A stretch of 55,301 nt of DNA. Source: an uncultured virus (IMG/VR IMGVR_UViG_3300034104_004763) (taxonomy: Duplodnaviria > Heunggongvirae > Uroviricota > Caudoviricetes). Below are positions 37,928 through 46,939 of the stretch, one piece after another. Within the stretch, counting starts at the first letter, position 1, and every line of letters begins with the position of its first letter. Both the position numbers and the translations under genes were made by a program. The notes under the pieces were generated by a model. That model was not told the DNA's origin. It saw only the letters and a program-made list of their open reading frames with translations, and searched no databases. The stretch lies in the IMG/VR virus record IMGVR_UViG_3300034104_004763. One strand, written 5' to 3'.

Positions 37928-39103
37928 ATGTCAAAACAAAATTTAGTATCGGTTAATGTAACCGAATTAAAAGAATTCTTAACACATATTGTTGAAAACA
38001 ATCGTTTCCTACAAAGCCAAGGCAAACTGCCAGTATCAACTGAAGTCATTGGAGAATCAGGAATAGGTAAAACTTCAGCCATCGTTCAATTAGCTAAAGA
38101 GTTAGATTTAAATTTCGTTAAATTAAATTTAGCACAAATTGAAGAAATTGGTGATTTAGTAGGTTTTCCAATTCGTCAATTTGAAGTAAAAGATGATAAA
38201 GAGACTATTTGGATTGATGAACATGCGTTTGATGAATATCTTAAATTAGGTTATAAATCAACTGGTCAAAATAGAATGTCATATTGTCCACCTGAATGGA
38301 TTGCCAACAAGTCTAATGGTGGTATTTTATTATTAGATGACTGGAATAGAGCTGATATTAGGTTTATACAAGCTGTAATGGAGCTAATTGATAGACAACA
38401 ATATATTAGTTGGTCCTTACCTAAAGATTGGCATATTATATTAACTGCTAATCCTGACAATGGTGATTATTTAGTTAATAGTATAGATAACGCGCAAAAA
38501 ACACGTTTTATTTCGGTACAATTAAAATACGATATTGATTGTTGGGCTAAATGGGCTGAGGAAAATCATATTGATGGTAGATGTATTAACTTCTTATTAA
38601 TGCATCCTGAATTAGTAACTAAAGATGTTAATAGTAGAAGCATATCTATGTTCTTTAACTCAATTTCATCAATCAGTAATTTTGATAATTCATTACCATT
38701 AATTCAAATGATAGGTGAAGGATCAGTAGGACCAGAATTTAGTTCAATGTTTACTATGTTTATTAATAATAAACTAGATAAAATGATTTCACCTGAAAAC
38801 ATAATGAATCAAGATGAACAATATGTTTTAAATACATTAAAATCATTAACAGGTAAAGAAGAAAAATATAGAGCTGATATTGCATCAACATTATCAACTA
38901 GAATTATTAACTTCTTAGATTTGTTTGCTAAAACAAATACTGTAGATAAACCAATTACTGAAAGATTATCTAAAATTGTAAACGAAAAAGTATTTACAAC
39001 TGATATCTGTTATAACATGGTAAAATCAGTTTATAATAATAATCCATCTAAGTTTAAAACAATGATGATGGACAAGTCATTAGTTGAATTTATAATGAAA
39101 TAA
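37928..39103 (+). CDS. MoxR-type AAA+ ATPase
   Basis: GESGIGKT Walker A, DLVGFP, LLLDDWNRA Walker B, TANP, D.AQ.TRF. Confidence 0.9.
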   Translation: MSKQNLVSVNVTELKEFLTHIVENNRFLQSQGKLPVSTEVIGESGIGKTSAIVQLAKELDLNFVKLNLAQIEEIGDLVGFPIRQFEVKDDKETIWIDEHAFDEYLKLGYKSTGQNRMSYCPPEWIANKSNGGILLLDDWNRADIRFIQAVMELIDRQQYISWSLPKDWHIILTANPDNGDYLVNSIDNAQKTRFISVQLKYDIDCWAKWAEENHIDGRCINFLLMHPELVTKDVNSRSISMFFNSISSISNFDNSLPLIQMIGEGSVGPEFSSMFTMFINNKLDKMISPENIMNQDEQYVLNTLKSLTGKEEKYRADIASTLSTRIINFLDLFAKTNTVDKPITERLSKIVNEKVFTTDICYNMVKSVYNNNPSKFKTMMMDKSLVEFIMK

Positions 39104-39111
39104 TAAAAATT

Positions 39112-40179
39112 ATGATAGTAAATTGTTTAGGAATATATCAAAATTCTAATAATCATATAGATACTAATTGGCAGGGAGTAACTGACCATATTGTATTAGA
39201 AGATAAAACTAAATATGAAAATCTAATAGAAAAACTATTAAATCAATCCCCTAATACTAATTTAGGGGATAAAGTTTATTTAGGTAAATTATCTAATATT
39301 CCAAGACATCGGGTTAAGGAATATTTTGAAAATTCTACAAGTAAAAAAACTTCTAGAGTAGAACAAGCTAATACTATTATTTTTAGTAGAGAATATTTAC
39401 TTAATTTTAAAAAAGATTTAAAAAAATTAGTATTAAAAGAATTTTCATTTTTAGAAAAAACTCAAATTCTACAAGATTATATAAAAAGAAATTCAACTGA
39501 ATATGCTTATAAAAGAATTGAACCTATTTTTAAAAATGACACGCCTTTATTGCTTATAAGTTATTATAAAAATACTAATTTAACTAATAGTTTAGCACCT
39601 AATTTTAAAAGAGTAGTTGACACTACTAAAATTAAAACTCAATATATAGAAGCTTTATATAGAGATACTTATACTAAAGAGATTTTAAACTATTTAGATT
39701 TAGCTTTAGAAAATCCTTCAATTAATATATTATTTGATGAAGATTTTTTGACAGATTTAAATGCTGATGGTATTGAATTAGATAATGATTATTTAGCCAC
39801 TTTAAGTAGCATGTTTGAAAGTAGAGAACAAGCTAATATTAATTTAGCTTTAGAAATGTTATCTAATGTTAATATTGAAACAAATTACTTTACTATTGCT
39901 CTACTTTTAAATAGATACCAAAATTTATTTTCATGGGGTAGTGGTTTAAGTATGTCTCAAAATAAAAGTTTTAAAAGTATTGAAAAATATTTAAAAGACA
40001 AAGGAATTAATTATCAAGCTGATTGGAGATCATTTAACGCTGCATTATATAAAAATTGCCAAAATGATCCTGAAAAAACTGAAATCATAATACATTCAGT
40101 ATTAGAAAATTTAAACAAGTATATGAAAGAAGGTGGTGGAAGTGGTTTAAATTTATCAAGTATAAAATTGGCCTCTTAA
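39112..40179 (+). CDS. hypothetical protein in the MoxR-vWA operon
   Basis: 355-aa ORF between the ATPase and vWA genes. Confidence 0.7.
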   Translation: MIVNCLGIYQNSNNHIDTNWQGVTDHIVLEDKTKYENLIEKLLNQSPNTNLGDKVYLGKLSNIPRHRVKEYFENSTSKKTSRVEQANTIIFSREYLLNFKKDLKKLVLKEFSFLEKTQILQDYIKRNSTEYAYKRIEPIFKNDTPLLLISYYKNTNLTNSLAPNFKRVVDTTKIKTQYIEALYRDTYTKEILNYLDLALENPSINILFDEDFLTDLNADGIELDNDYLATLSSMFESREQANINLALEMLSNVNIETNYFTIALLLNRYQNLFSWGSGLSMSQNKSFKSIEKYLKDKGINYQADWRSFNAALYKNCQNDPEKTEIIIHSVLENLNKYMKEGGGSGLNLSSIKLAS

Positions 40180-40196
40180 AGAGGCCTTTGTATATT
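40168..40196 (+). promoter_or_regulatory. hairpin-containing host-type promoter
   Basis: TTG(40168)-N20-TATATT with GGCCTCT-TAA-AGAGGCC hairpin. Confidence 0.65.
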
Positions 40197-40213
40197 ATTA
40201 AAAAATAAAAGTT

Positions 40214-41392
40214 ATGTCTATATATCATGAGATTACAAAGTTTTCTAAAACTTTAATGTTAAAAGAACCATTCTATGGTTTATTTTTAATTTCACTTAAT
40301 AAGGAATTAAATACTTCGATTCCTACAGCGTGTGTAACACCTGATAAACTTAATATTAAGTTATGTGTTAATCCTGAATTTTGGGAAAATTTAGATGATA
40401 ATACCAAATTAGCAGTTCTAAAACATGAATTACTTCATATTGCATTTTTCCATTTGCAACATTTTGATCGTTTTCCTAATAAAAAATTATACAATGTAGC
40501 TGCTGATTTAGAAATTAACCAATATATTCAAGATGAATATAAAGGTGAAAAATGGGATGGATTAGAATTTGATGAAGGTACTTATAAACCTTTAAATTTA
40601 TTACCTAGACAAGGTACTAAATACTATTATGATAAATTACAAGATGAATTAGATAGTAATCCTGATGGTGATTTTGCTAGTTATATGAATGGAATGGAAA
40701 TTGATATTCATGATTTGTGGGAAGCTATGGAAGGAATGGGTGAAGCTGAACGTAAATTGATAGGTAAACAAGTTGATCATCAATTAAAAGCAATAGCGGA
40801 AGAATTAGAAAAACGCTGTAAAAATCGAGGATTAATACCTTCTGAAATGAAGGACTATATAGACTCGTTATTTGAAGTATCTGAACCTGTATTAGATTGG
40901 AAAGCATATTTACGAAGATTTAGTAACACTTCAAACAAAATCATTACTAAAAAGACTAGACGTAAATTAAATAAACGTTATTCAGATAATCCTGCATTAA
41001 AAATTAAACTTAAAAAATCTACATTAGTAGCAATTGATACATCAGGTTCAGTCTCTAATAGTGAATTAGCAGAATTTTTTAATGAAATTTACCACATTTA
41101 TAAAACAGGTACTAAAGTAACAGTAGTAGAATGTGATGCTGATATTCAAAGAGTTTATGAATATAAGGGTCAATTAGAAGATCTATCTGTTCAAGGTAGA
41201 GGTGGTACTGATTTTGAGCCTGTAATGAAGTATTTAGTAGAACATAAAAAGGATTTTGATAATTTAATTTATTTAACTGATGGTGAGTGTAGTTCACCTG
41301 CTACTAAACCTTTAAAACCTATATTATGGGTTCATAGTTCAAAATCAAAAATAAATGAAGAATTACCAGGTACTAAAATTAAAATACAATAA
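40214..41392 (+). CDS. metallopeptidase-vWA domain protein (DUF2201-type)
   Basis: HELLH...N.A.D..IN; MIDAS DTSGS, GGTDF, TDG. Confidence 0.9.
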   Translation: MSIYHEITKFSKTLMLKEPFYGLFLISLNKELNTSIPTACVTPDKLNIKLCVNPEFWENLDDNTKLAVLKHELLHIAFFHLQHFDRFPNKKLYNVAADLEINQYIQDEYKGEKWDGLEFDEGTYKPLNLLPRQGTKYYYDKLQDELDSNPDGDFASYMNGMEIDIHDLWEAMEGMGEAERKLIGKQVDHQLKAIAEELEKRCKNRGLIPSEMKDYIDSLFEVSEPVLDWKAYLRRFSNTSNKIITKKTRRKLNKRYSDNPALKIKLKKSTLVAIDTSGSVSNSELAEFFNEIYHIYKTGTKVTVVECDADIQRVYEYKGQLEDLSVQGRGGTDFEPVMKYLVEHKKDFDNLIYLTDGECSSPATKPLKPILWVHSSKSKINEELPGTKIKIQ

Positions 41393-41395
41393 GTT

Positions 41396-42103
41396 ATGTC
41401 ACCAATAGGAATATTAAATAAAATACAAGAATTTATCAATCCTGATAAAAACAATGTTAAAACATTACCTCAAAAATATGATGATATTATATTTGCTTTA
41501 ACTAGTATTAATGATAAGTTAATATTGGGTGGTAGTTTAGGATTATATGTGATGGGTGTTATAGATTATGATTTTAAAAATCGTAAACCTGATATTGATT
41601 TTAGTTTAACTGAACCATTAACTGAAGAAGAATTACTTACTCTTAAAGATTTTTTTAATCTAGAATTAGTAGTTACTAATGGTGATTATGATTTTATACA
41701 AGTTAATCCTAATGAAGATAAAACAGTTAAAACTAAACCTATTTCACATTTTATTCAAAAAGAATTAATTCAATTAAGAAAAAATTCTACTGAATGGATT
41801 ATACCTGCAGGTGATAGTGGTTATGTAGAATATACTATAGATTTTTTCAATAGTCAGTATATTAAAAAAAGAGATATTATTTATGTTGATTATAATGGTA
41901 CTAAACTTAAAGTTAATCATCCATCTATCACATTATCTCATAAGTCAAGATACGCTTATGATAATAGAGTAGGTAAACAATATAAACATTTTAAAGATAT
42001 TGGTGATATTAATTGGAAAAAATACTTTCAAATAGTGAAAAGTATTAAATCACAATGGGTAGAGAATGATGATAATGGTACATGGTTTAATGAATTCTCT
42101 TAA
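41396..42103 (+). CDS. nucleotidyltransferase-fold protein
   Basis: LGGSLGL....R.PDID motif, later IDFF and KH..D. Confidence 0.65.
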   Translation: MSPIGILNKIQEFINPDKNNVKTLPQKYDDIIFALTSINDKLILGGSLGLYVMGVIDYDFKNRKPDIDFSLTEPLTEEELLTLKDFFNLELVVTNGDYDFIQVNPNEDKTVKTKPISHFIQKELIQLRKNSTEWIIPAGDSGYVEYTIDFFNSQYIKKRDIIYVDYNGTKLKVNHPSITLSHKSRYAYDNRVGKQYKHFKDIGDINWKKYFQIVKSIKSQWVENDDNGTWFNEFS

Positions 42104-42111
42104 AATTTTTA

Positions 42112-42120
42112 ATATTTATA
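42112..42120 (+). promoter_or_regulatory. putative late promoter ATATTTATA
   Basis: Upstream of 42136. Confidence 0.7.
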
Positions 42121-42135
42121 GAGAAACAATTATAA

Positions 42136-42618
42136 ATGTCTACTATTGTATTATTAAGTTGTACAAAATCTAAATTAGATAAACCTTCACAGGCGCAGGA
42201 TTTATACTCTGCGTCTCCCACATTTAAAAAAACATTAGAGTACGGTAAATCACTTAAGCCTGATAAAATGTATATTCTATCGGCAAAGCATTATTTAGTG
42301 CCTTTAACCAAAGTTTTAGCACCATATGATAAGACATTAAAAGAAATGCCTAAAGATGAAAAAGAAGCTTGGGGTGAAAAAGTATTAAGTCAAATGAAAC
42401 AAGTAGGGATTAATCCTGAAAAAGATCATTTTATATTCTTAACAGGTACAGAATATATGAAACCATTATTAAAGTACATCCCAGAAAATCATACTGAAAT
42501 GCCTATGGCTGGTAAACGTATGGGTGAACGTATGCAATGGTTAAATCAACAAATAAAAGGTATTAAAGAAATAGTAAATTACGTTAAAAAAATATTATAT
42601 GAATACTTCTCAAAGTAA
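42136..42618 (+). CDS. DUF6884-like protein
   Basis: LLSCTKSK...A.DLY..S..F, YILSAKH.L...PYD.TL, G..Y, G.R.QWL. Confidence 0.7.
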   Translation: MSTIVLLSCTKSKLDKPSQAQDLYSASPTFKKTLEYGKSLKPDKMYILSAKHYLVPLTKVLAPYDKTLKEMPKDEKEAWGEKVLSQMKQVGINPEKDHFIFLTGTEYMKPLLKYIPENHTEMPMAGKRMGERMQWLNQQIKGIKEIVNYVKKILYEYFSK

Positions 42619-42844
42619 ATTACAAGAATACATTACTTTATACATAAATGATTTAGAAGATTATGGAGAACCAGCTGATTGTTTATTAGCTGAAAGTGCT
42701 TTAAATCCTCTTAAAAAACTTCTTGTAGAGTCCTTGGATACCACAGATATTAATATTATATTACGTGAGGCTTATAAAAAGGCATCACCTGTAAAACAAC
42801 ATATTATAAAAGATTTTATATCTTATGTAGAACAAATAAAATAA
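42599..42844 (+). CDS. hypothetical protein
   Basis: 81 aa with several L-x-E motifs. Confidence 0.65.
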   Translation: MNTSQSKLQEYITLYINDLEDYGEPADCLLAESALNPLKKLLVESLDTTDINIILREAYKKASPVKQHIIKDFISYVEQIK

Positions 42845-42850
42845 TTCCTT

Positions 42851-43099
42851 ATGGAAAATGTTATAAACGATTATAGAACACGCACTATAAAAACTCCAGA
42901 TAAAATACAAATTACTTTTTTTGATAATAAATTTCACTGTTGGGATCATGCAGCAATTAAGTATCCTAAAGAAATGAAGAAAAAAGATGAATATTACCTT
43001 TATGGTTTCCAATACACTAAAGAAGATTGGATAGAAGCACGTAAAGATAGAAATGGAGTACCACCAGATAAAAATCCACAAGTAAAATCAAGATTTTAA
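42851..43099 (+). CDS. hypothetical phage protein
   Basis: KFH..D.AAI.YP......EYYLYG repeat-unit-like motif. Confidence 0.65.
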   Translation: MENVINDYRTRTIKTPDKIQITFFDNKFHCWDHAAIKYPKEMKKKDEYYLYGFQYTKEDWIEARKDRNGVPPDKNPQVKSRF

Positions 43100-43100
43100 T

Positions 43101-43637
43101 ATGAAAATAGGGTTATGTGGCACAGTTAGTGTCGGAAAAACAACATTAGTTAATGCTTTAAAAGAGTTACCTCAATTTAAAAATTATACTTTTTCTACTG
43201 AACGTAGTAAATATTTAAGAGATTTAGGTATTCCATTAAATACAGATTCCACATTAAAAGGTCAAACTGTATTTTTATCAGAACGTTGTGCTGAATTAAT
43301 GAATGATGATTTAATTACTGATAGAACAGTTATTGATGTAATGGCATTTACAAGTGCTGCTAAATCTATAAAAGAAGCAGATAAAATTTCATATGAAGAG
43401 TATGCTCGTAATTTTATTAATGAGTATGATTACATTTTCTATGTGTCTCCTGAAGGAGTAGAGATAGAAAATAATCTAGTCAGAGAAACTAATTCTGAAT
43501 ATAGAGATCAAATAGACTTTATTATTAAAGGATTTTGTCATTTATATAATCATAGAATTAAAAATTTAATTAAAATCCCCCCCCATTTAAGTGTTGAAGA
43601 AAGAATTGAATTTATTAAAAAAAATCTAGGGAGTTAG
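43101..43637 (+). CDS. P-loop kinase (AAA_28/NadR-kinase/thymidylate-kinase-like)
   Basis: GTVSVGKTT, DRTVID, YD.IFY, E...VR. Confidence 0.8.
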   Translation: MKIGLCGTVSVGKTTLVNALKELPQFKNYTFSTERSKYLRDLGIPLNTDSTLKGQTVFLSERCAELMNDDLITDRTVIDVMAFTSAAKSIKEADKISYEEYARNFINEYDYIFYVSPEGVEIENNLVRETNSEYRDQIDFIIKGFCHLYNHRIKNLIKIPPHLSVEERIEFIKKNLGS

Positions 43638-43647
43638 AGAAACTTTA

Positions 43648-43656
43648 ATATTTATA
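43648..43656 (+). promoter_or_regulatory. putative late promoter ATATTTATA carried by the endonuclease cassette
   Basis: Upstream of 43666. Confidence 0.7.
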
Positions 43657-43665
43657 ATCAAATAT

Positions 43666-44259
43666 ATGATTATGACTAAAGAAGAAAGAAAACTTTATAT
43701 GCAAGAATATAGAAAAACTGAAAAGTGGAAAACATCAAAGAAAGAATCTGATAAAAAGTATTATCAAAGAAATAAAAATCAACAAAAAATTCGTTCTCAA
43801 AAATGGAAAGAAGAAAATCTTGAAAAATTTTATGAGTATACCAAAGAATGGAGTAAAAATAATCCTGATAAAATAAAATATTCTCAAAAATTATATAGAG
43901 AAAATAACCCTCATTATAAGATTAGAAATTTATTCCATAATTTAAAAAAACAAAATTATCAAAATCTAATCAAACCCCAATTTGAACTTATAAAAAAACA
44001 TATAGAAAATCAATTTAATAAAAATATGAATTGGGGTAATATTGAAATAGACCACAAAATACCAATTAGTTGGTTCAACAAAGAAACCCCAGATAACTTA
44101 ATTAATGATTTAAGAAATTTACATCCTCTTCTTAAAGAAGATAATCGTAAAAAGGCTGCTAGTTATTGCAATGTAATTTCTCTTGAATATTTTTATGATA
44201 TAAAAATGTATGTTAAAGAGGATAGGATCAAACAGATAATAGAAACCCTTTCTTTATAA
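43666..44259 (+). mobile_element. free-standing HNH homing endonuclease gene
   Basis: Basic helical N-terminus with Y/W..N..K repeats; M.W.N.EIDHKIP...NLHPL...DN..K. Confidence 0.8.
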
Positions 44260-44267
44260 TATTTATA
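44259..44267 (+). promoter_or_regulatory. putative late promoter ATATTTATA
   Basis: Overlaps the HNH stop codon, upstream of 44301. Confidence 0.7.
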
Positions 44268-44300
44268 TCAAAAATACTAAATTTAAAACATTAAAATAAA

Positions 44301-45290
44301 ATGAACTTTAACGACAATTTTGATTTAAAAAAAGCTAAATCTTTTCTGTTAACTGAAAATTTCCAAATGGATGAAACAGAAAATTTGGAAGAAATGGCAT
44401 CTTTCTATAGTATTAAACCAGGTATGGAAGATGAAGCTAAAGAAGCTATAGCTACAGTAAAAGCTAAATACAGACCAGGTACTGCTTTTTATCAAACTTT
44501 AGATGCTTTAGAAAAAGAAGGTGAAGTAGATTATAAAAAATTAGCTAAAGAAACAGGTAAAGATATCGCTACTTGGAATAAACCTGAAACTAGAAATGTA
44601 CTAGAAAAAGATGGTCCATTAGCTCAATTCCTTAATGCTGGTTCATCTCCATTAGCAATTAGAACAGGTCGCCCTAAAGTTGAAAAAGGTGAAGAAGGTG
44701 AAGAAAAATTAGATGAAAATGAAATGTTAGACGAAATGGCTACATTTTATAAAATCAAACCAGGTATGGAAGATCAAGCTAAAGAGGTTATTGCCACTGT
44801 AAAAGCTAAATTAAGACCTGGAACTAATTTTTACAATACTCTAGACTCATTAGAAACTTCAGGTGAAGTTGATTATCAAAAACTAGCTAAAGAAACTGGT
44901 AAGGATGTAGCAACATGGAATAATCCAACAACTAGAGGAGTATTAGAAAAAGATGGTCCTTTAGCTCAATTCTTAGATGCAGGTTCATCACCTAGTGCTA
45001 TTAGAACAGGTCGTCCTAAAGGTAAAAAAGGTGAAGAAACAGCAGCTCCTGTTATATCTAAAACAGACACTATAAAAATTACTACTCCTAAAACATCTAC
45101 ACCTACAGAAAAAGCACCTGTTAAAGCTGCTTCAACTGAAAGAGATTTAGCTAAAGAAATAAAAGATGCTGAAGCTGAAGTAAAAAAATTAGGATTAGCT
45201 GCTTTAAAAAGTCAAGATCCAAAAGATATGGCTAAAGCTAAAGAAGCAACTACTAAATTAAAAGCCTTAAATAAAGAAGCAGGAAGATAA
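44301..45290 (+). CDS. protein with a tandemly duplicated ~105-aa domain, putative DNA-binding internal head protein
   Basis: Two copies starting LEEMA/LDEMA and ending RTGRPK..KGEE. Confidence 0.7.
   Translation: MNFNDNFDLKKAKSFLLTENFQMDETENLEEMASFYSIKPGMEDEAKEAIATVKAKYRPGTAFYQTLDALEKEGEVDYKKLAKETGKDIATWNKPETRNVLEKDGPLAQFLNAGSSPLAIRTGRPKVEKGEEGEEKLDENEMLDEMATFYKIKPGMEDQAKEVIATVKAKLRPGTNFYNTLDSLETSGEVDYQKLAKETGKDVATWNNPTTRGVLEKDGPLAQFLDAGSSPSAIRTGRPKGKKGEETAAPVISKTDTIKITTPKTSTPTEKAPVKAASTERDLAKEIKDAEAEVKKLGLAALKSQDPKDMAKAKEATTKLKALNKEAGR
44391..45038 (+). repeat. intragenic tandem duplication, 342-nt period
   Basis: GAAATGGC at 44391 and 44733 begin two clearly homologous units. Confidence 0.85.
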
Positions 45291-45304
45291 TATGAATTAC
45301 AGTT

Positions 45305-46906
45305 ATGTCTGAAAACCAACAACTTCCCTTAAAGGAAATCATAAAACAAGAATGGGTTCGCTGCTATGGCGACCCAATCTATTTTATGAAGAAATATTAT
45401 TGGATCCAACATCCACAACGAGGAAGAATTCAATTTAATTTATACCCATTCCAAGAAAAAGTATTACAGCAAATCCAAAAAAATGAGTATACTATTATTA
45501 ACAAATCAAGACAGCTAGGTATATCAACATTAGCATCAGCTTATGCTTTATGGTTAATGTTATTTCAAAAAGATAAAAACATACTTTGTATAGCAACCAA
45601 GCAGGAAACTGCTAAAAACATGGTTACTAAAGTACGTTTTGCTTACGATAATTTACCTAAATGGATGAAATCAGGTGAAAAACCTGCTGAAAATAATAAA
45701 TTATCACTTAAATTAACTAATGGTTCTCAAATTAAAGCAGTAGGAGCTACAGCAGATGCAGGTAGATCCGAAGCTGTTTCATTTCTTATTATTGATGAGG
45801 CTGCTTTTATTGAAGGAATTGATGAGATTTTTGCTTCTGCACAACAAACTTTAGCAACTGGAGGGCAATGTTTAGCATTATCTACACCTTATGGTACAGG
45901 TAATTGGTTCCATAAATCCTTTACTAAAGCACAAGCTAAAGAAAACAAATTTGTTCCATTAAGATTACCTTGGACTGTTCATCCTGAACGAAATCAAACA
46001 TGGAGAGACGCTCAAGACGAAATTCTAGGATTAAGACACGCAGCACAAGAGTGTGATTGCGATTTTAGTACATCTGGAGATACTGTTATTGAACCTGATA
46101 TGCTTAACTTTTTAGAATCTGCATTTGTAGCAGATCCTATGGAAAGAAGGGGACCTGGAGGTGATTTATGGATTTGGGAACTACCTGATTATTCAAAATC
46201 ATATATGGTAGTAGCTGACGTTGCTCGTGGAGATGGAACTGACTACTCTGCGTTCCATATTTTTGATGTAGCTGAAGCTAAACAAGTAGCTGAATTTAGA
46301 TCACAAGTTCAAACTAAAGATTATGCTCACATATTATTTGCAATAGCAACAGAATATAATGATGCTTTACTAGTAGTGGAAAACGCCAATATTGGATGGA
46401 GTGTAATTGAACAATTAATAGATAGAGGTTATAGAAACTTATATTACTCTTCTAAAGCTGATACTACAATGGGTGCTAATGAGAATCAATTAGCTAGAAT
46501 GGAAAATGGTCAAGGTATGATACCAGGTTTTACTACATCAATGAAGACAAGACCACTTTGTGTCTCAAAATTAGTTTCGTATATTCAAGAGAAATCAGTT
46601 ACAATACAATCTAAAAGATTATTAGATGAATTAAGAACTTTTGTTTGGAAAAATGGTAAAGCGCAATCTCAAAGTGGATACAATGATGACTTAGTAATGG
46701 CATTTAGTATTGGTTTATTTTTACGTGATACTGCTTTACGTTTTAGACAACAAGGTTTAGATTTAACTAGAGCTACTTTAGGAAGTTTTCATGTTTCATC
46801 ACAACAAGCTCCTGGAGTATTTTCACACAATAACTCAGCAGATAACCCATACAAAATGGATGATGGGGCAGGAGGGACTGAAGACTTCAGTTGGCTTCTT
46901 GGTTAA
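45305..46906 (+). CDS. gp17: terminase large subunit (T4 gp17-like)
   Basis: LYPFQ, KSRQLGIS Walker A, IIDEAAF Walker B, STPYG, ADVARG.G.DYS, DDLVMA. Confidence 0.95.
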   Translation: MSENQQLPLKEIIKQEWVRCYGDPIYFMKKYYWIQHPQRGRIQFNLYPFQEKVLQQIQKNEYTIINKSRQLGISTLASAYALWLMLFQKDKNILCIATKQETAKNMVTKVRFAYDNLPKWMKSGEKPAENNKLSLKLTNGSQIKAVGATADAGRSEAVSFLIIDEAAFIEGIDEIFASAQQTLATGGQCLALSTPYGTGNWFHKSFTKAQAKENKFVPLRLPWTVHPERNQTWRDAQDEILGLRHAAQECDCDFSTSGDTVIEPDMLNFLESAFVADPMERRGPGGDLWIWELPDYSKSYMVVADVARGDGTDYSAFHIFDVAEAKQVAEFRSQVQTKDYAHILFAIATEYNDALLVVENANIGWSVIEQLIDRGYRNLYYSSKADTTMGANENQLARMENGQGMIPGFTTSMKTRPLCVSKLVSYIQEKSVTIQSKRLLDELRTFVWKNGKAQSQSGYNDDLVMAFSIGLFLRDTALRFRQQGLDLTRATLGSFHVSSQQAPGVFSHNNSADNPYKMDDGAGGTEDFSWLLG

Positions 46907-46913
46907 AATCCAA

Positions 46914-46922
46914 ATATTTATA
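46914..46922 (+). promoter_or_regulatory. putative late promoter ATATTTATA
   Basis: Upstream of the portal gene. Confidence 0.7.
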
Positions 46923-46939
46923 ATATATAATAGAATTTT

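Noticed and set aside
2489..43081. All minus-strand ORFs in the track, plus the nested + ORF 32597..32788
   Set aside because: They lie on top of well-supported + strand genes, lack recognisable motifs and look like shadow frames of AT-rich coding DNA
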